From assembly GCA_963662405.2 (NCBI GenBank), contig CAXXKT010000001.1, forward strand, positions 2,208,001-2,272,000: a stretch of DNA of 64,000 nt, in the 5' to 3' direction. Shown piece by piece: positions 60,911-64,000 of the stretch. The translations under genes were made by a program, and so were the position numbers. Position 1 is the first letter of the stretch, and every line of letters starts with the position of its first letter. The notes below the pieces were generated by a model. That model saw only the letters and a list, made by a program, of their open reading frames with translations, searched no databases and was not told the origin of the DNA. This stretch comes from Syntrophales bacterium. Its GTDB lineage: Bacteria > Desulfobacterota > Syntrophia > Syntrophales > UBA2210.

Positions 60911-61516
60911 CTATCCAAAGAGGTCTTCTCTCGCAGCCAGCAGGCGGTGCAGAGCTGTCATGTTGGTCAGGACGGCTAAGAGGCACACTGCCGCAACGAT
61001 CGGAATATCGGCATCATCAACAGAGTACCATGAAACCGGCACGGTCAGGATGGATCCTGTGACGAGCAGCAGGACCCGTTCCGGACGTTGCATGAACCCG
61101 ACAACGCGTATGGTACCAAGCGACTCGGCGCGGGCCTTTACGTAGCTCACCGTGAAGGAACCAAGTAAGGCCAGGATTATAGCAAAAAACATCCAGTGAT
61201 AGCGATAGTATATCAAGAGACCGGCGAAAACGATGAAGTCGGCATAGCGATCGAAGGTGGAATCAAGGAGCGCCCCAAAGAGAGTCGATTGGCCTTTCAG
61301 GCGGGCCATTGTTCCGTCGAGGGTGTCGAGAAACCCGGACAAAAGCAGGGTCATGCCGCCTGTGAAGAAGAGACCACCGGCATACATGATCCCCGCGACC
61401 AGCGATACGATGAGGGAAACGAACGATATCACGTTCGGCGAGACCGATGATCGTACCAGCGGCCTGAGCAGTCGTTCGATCAGACCATAGTATGTCCTCA
61501 GAAGCCTTTCTCGCAT
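60911..61516 (-). CDS. CDP-alcohol phosphatidyltransferase
   Basis: DTLDGTMARLKGQSTLFGALLDSTFDRYAD, SYVKARAE. Confidence 0.93.
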   Translation of the reverse strand: MRERLLRTYYGLIERLLRPLVRSSVSPNVISFVSLIVSLVAGIMYAGGLFFTGGMTLLLSGFLDTLDGTMARLKGQSTLFGALLDSTFDRYADFIVFAGLLIYYRYHWMFFAIILALLGSFTVSYVKARAESLGTIRVVGFMQRPERVLLLVTGSILTVPVSWYSVDDADIPIVAAVCLLAVLTNMTALHRLLAAREDLFG

Positions 61517-61647
61517 TTTTCCCTGTCTTTCCCCCCTGACTCCCGTTGCGTCGCGGGTTGCTCCTGCCGGTATGGCATACCGTGAAACAATACGAGAAAT
61601 CAATAAGTCAACCCGATACCTGCTTCAGATAACGGGAAATAATATTA

Positions 61648-62383
61648 GGGTCTTGACTAGAACAGCACACGGAAATATGTTAAGAGTCTAGTCATGTCAA
61701 TAAGTAACAAGTATGTAAAAAATTCCAAAATTTCAGAGGCAAAATTTAGAGAGATCGTGAAGTATTTTGCCTTCGATTTGGATGCTCAAACCATCGCTCT
61801 TTTAACAAAACTCAATAGAAATACGGTGAATCGATATCTGTCTTTGATTCGTCAACGTATAGCTGATCTGTGCGAAGAAGAATCACCATTTCAGGGTGAA
61901 ATCGAGGTTGACGAATCATATTTCGGTGCAAAACGTATCAAAGGGAAACGAGGCCGTGGGGCCGGGAGAAAAACCCCTGTATTCGGTATCCTGCAACGAA
62001 AAGGCAGTGTCTATACCGAAATCGTTCCCGATTGCGCCAGGAAGACTCTCCAGGCCATTATCAGGGGCAAAGTTGAACCGAATAGTGTCATACATTCAGA
62101 TAGTTGGAGAGGCTATGATGGTTTGGTTGACTTGGGATACAAAAAGCATTACCGTGTTCATCACGGAGCCAATGAATTTGCCAGGGGGAAAAGCCACATC
62201 AATGGCATTGAATCCTTCTGGTCATTCGCAAAACGGAGGCTGATGAAGTTCCATGGTATTCCACAATCAACCTTTTACCTGCATCTCAAGGAATGTGAGT
62301 TCCGGTTCAACAACCGTAACACCGATATCTATAAATTGTTGTTAAAGAACTTCAAAAATAAACCGCTGTTCTAGTCAAGACCC
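61648..62383 (+). mobile_element. IS1595-family element, copy 2 (736 bp)
   Basis: Same IRs as copy 1; 8-bp TSD TAATATTA. Confidence 0.95.
61694..62374 (+). CDS. IS1595-family transposase
   Basis: Protein identical to 14960-15640. Confidence 0.95.
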   Translation: MSISNKYVKNSKISEAKFREIVKYFAFDLDAQTIALLTKLNRNTVNRYLSLIRQRIADLCEEESPFQGEIEVDESYFGAKRIKGKRGRGAGRKTPVFGILQRKGSVYTEIVPDCARKTLQAIIRGKVEPNSVIHSDSWRGYDGLVDLGYKKHYRVHHGANEFARGKSHINGIESFWSFAKRRLMKFHGIPQSTFYLHLKECEFRFNNRNTDIYKLLLKNFKNKPLF

Positions 62384-62511
62384 TAATATTATTGATCGCA
62401 GGATGTCCACGGAATTTTTGATTTTCATTATTGATCTCTTATTGTATCATACAATGATTCATGGTTCTGTATCGAATATTCGCATGTGGCTTTCTTCAGG
62501 AGGTGATTGTT

Positions 62512-63603
62512 GTGGGTAAAATCAAAGTAGCGTTGGCGGGGGTTGGTAATTGCGCCAGTTCACTGATTCAGGGCATTCATTACTATAGAGAGAAAGAAGC
62601 CGAGGATGTGATAGGCCTCATGCACGGGGATATCGGGGGATATCGGCCCGGAGACATCGAGGTGGTCGCGGCGTTTGATATTGACACGCGCAAGGTCGGT
62701 AAAGACCTCCACGAGGCCATATTCGCCCCGCCGAACTGCACGACGATCTTTTATCCCGATCTTTCAGTGTCAGGGGTGACGGTTCAGATGGGGAAGATCC
62801 TGGACGGTGTTTCCGATCATATGAAAGAATATGACGAACAATATATCTTTTCCCCCGCCGGGCTTCCTGAACCGGAGAGGGAAGCGGTCGTGTCGGTCCT
62901 GAAGGAAAGTGGCGCCCAGATCCTCCTGAACTACCTGCCGGTCGGCTCTGAGGAGGCGACTCGATTTTATGCGGAGTGTGCACTGGAAGCGGGCGTTGCC
63001 CTTATCAACAACATACCTGTCTTTATCGCCAGCGATCCGCTCTGGGCCGGGCGCTTCGAGGCGAAGGGTCTTCCCCTCGTCGGCGATGATATCAAGTCAC
63101 AGCTCGGCGCGACCATTACACACCGCGTCCTTACCGATCTCTTCAGGAAAAGGGGCGTCAAGCTGGATCATACCTATCAGATCAACACCGGCGGTAATAC
63201 AGATTTTCTGAATATGCTGAATCGCCACCGCCTGAAGTCGAAGAGAACATCAAAGACCGAAGCGATTCAGTCGGTTATGGAGAACCGTCTGGCCGATGAA
63301 GATATCCATATCGGGCCGAGTGATTATGTGCCGTGGCAGAAGGATAATAAGGTCTGCTTCCTTCGGATGGAAGGGAGGATATTCGGTGATGTCCCGATGG
63401 ATATAGAGCTTCGCCTCTCGGTTGAGGATTCGCCGAATTCAGGGGGCGTCGCGATAGATGCCATCCGCTGTGTCAAACTTGCTCTCGACCGCGGAGAGGG
63501 GGGAGTCCTTGAAGGGCCGTCTGCCTATTTCTGCAAGCATCCGCCGCGCCAGTATGCCGATGATGAGGCATATCGGAAGACGGAGGAATTCGTAAAGAGG
63601 TGA
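62512..63603 (+). CDS. myo-Inositol-1-phosphate synthase
   Basis: GVGNCASSL.QG, YLPVGS, GDDIKSQLGAT, GGNTDFLNM, DSPNSGG. Confidence 0.95.
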   Translation: MGKIKVALAGVGNCASSLIQGIHYYREKEAEDVIGLMHGDIGGYRPGDIEVVAAFDIDTRKVGKDLHEAIFAPPNCTTIFYPDLSVSGVTVQMGKILDGVSDHMKEYDEQYIFSPAGLPEPEREAVVSVLKESGAQILLNYLPVGSEEATRFYAECALEAGVALINNIPVFIASDPLWAGRFEAKGLPLVGDDIKSQLGATITHRVLTDLFRKRGVKLDHTYQINTGGNTDFLNMLNRHRLKSKRTSKTEAIQSVMENRLADEDIHIGPSDYVPWQKDNKVCFLRMEGRIFGDVPMDIELRLSVEDSPNSGGVAIDAIRCVKLALDRGEGGVLEGPSAYFCKHPPRQYADDEAYRKTEEFVKR

Positions 63604-64000
63604 AGGACGACTCTGCTCATCGCAACCCGCTCCTCTGAAACAGACAGGGAGAACGATGGCAACAGAGGGGGGACCGCTCTTCCTGCCCCATATCCTCACT
63701 TGCTTGTGGCGTTTGAACCGGGGGGTACCTGACGGAGAGATCTCTATTCATACCAAAAACAACAGGTAACCCACGACAGTCAACGGTGAGCCGTGAGTCC
63801 TATTCTTTTATCGATTGCTCTGCGGCGCTGACCCATCACTCTCTGGAAGTGAGATCCCGATTGAGGCGCTGGGTCGGGTGTGCCTCCGCTCAATAACGAC
63901 ATATTACAGCCATAACGATATATCGTTATGGCTGTATGGGCACGCCTTTCTTCGTTCAGCCACAAGGTGTTGTATATGCATCCGAATAGATCGTCTTCGT

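Noticed and set aside
63604..64000. Short ORFs at the window end
   Set aside because: No recognisable motifs, and the context is cut by the window edge.

Overview
Bacterial chromosomal window, probably from an anaerobic deltaproteobacterium-like organism (inferred from gene content only). Positions 1-3640 hold a polar amino-acid ABC transporter. Positions 3906-22803 hold a sedentary integron: intI reads towards the array, an IS3 sits between intI and the probable attI (~6391), and about 18 AT-rich gene cassettes follow (FRG, HNH, HEPN-like, PD-(D/E)XK-like, SMR, four GNATs, SIMPL, VOC, serpin-like, MBL, three intact TA pairs and a higB remnant). The most striking structure is a 140-bp, ORF-less, strongly self-complementary mini-cassette. 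It occurs six times plus one decayed copy, always exactly at a GTT crossover point, the first at attI, and neighbouring copies share variants. One cassette also carries an IS110 element inserted into its Shine-Dalgarno sequence; the 5' non-coding end of that IS shows a readable bridge-RNA-like layout whose loops match its own target and donor. Positions 22.8-64 kb are metabolic: a sigma-54 acyl-CoA catabolic operon, a NuoEF/HydABC-type flavin-FeS module with DRTGG/kinase/PHP genes but no catalytic subunit, beta-oxidation genes, a GntR-linked CoA-transferase/liv-type ABC cluster, several gene remnants, a second copy of an IS1595, and inositol-phosphate genes. All functional calls come from motif recognition by eye; no searches were run.
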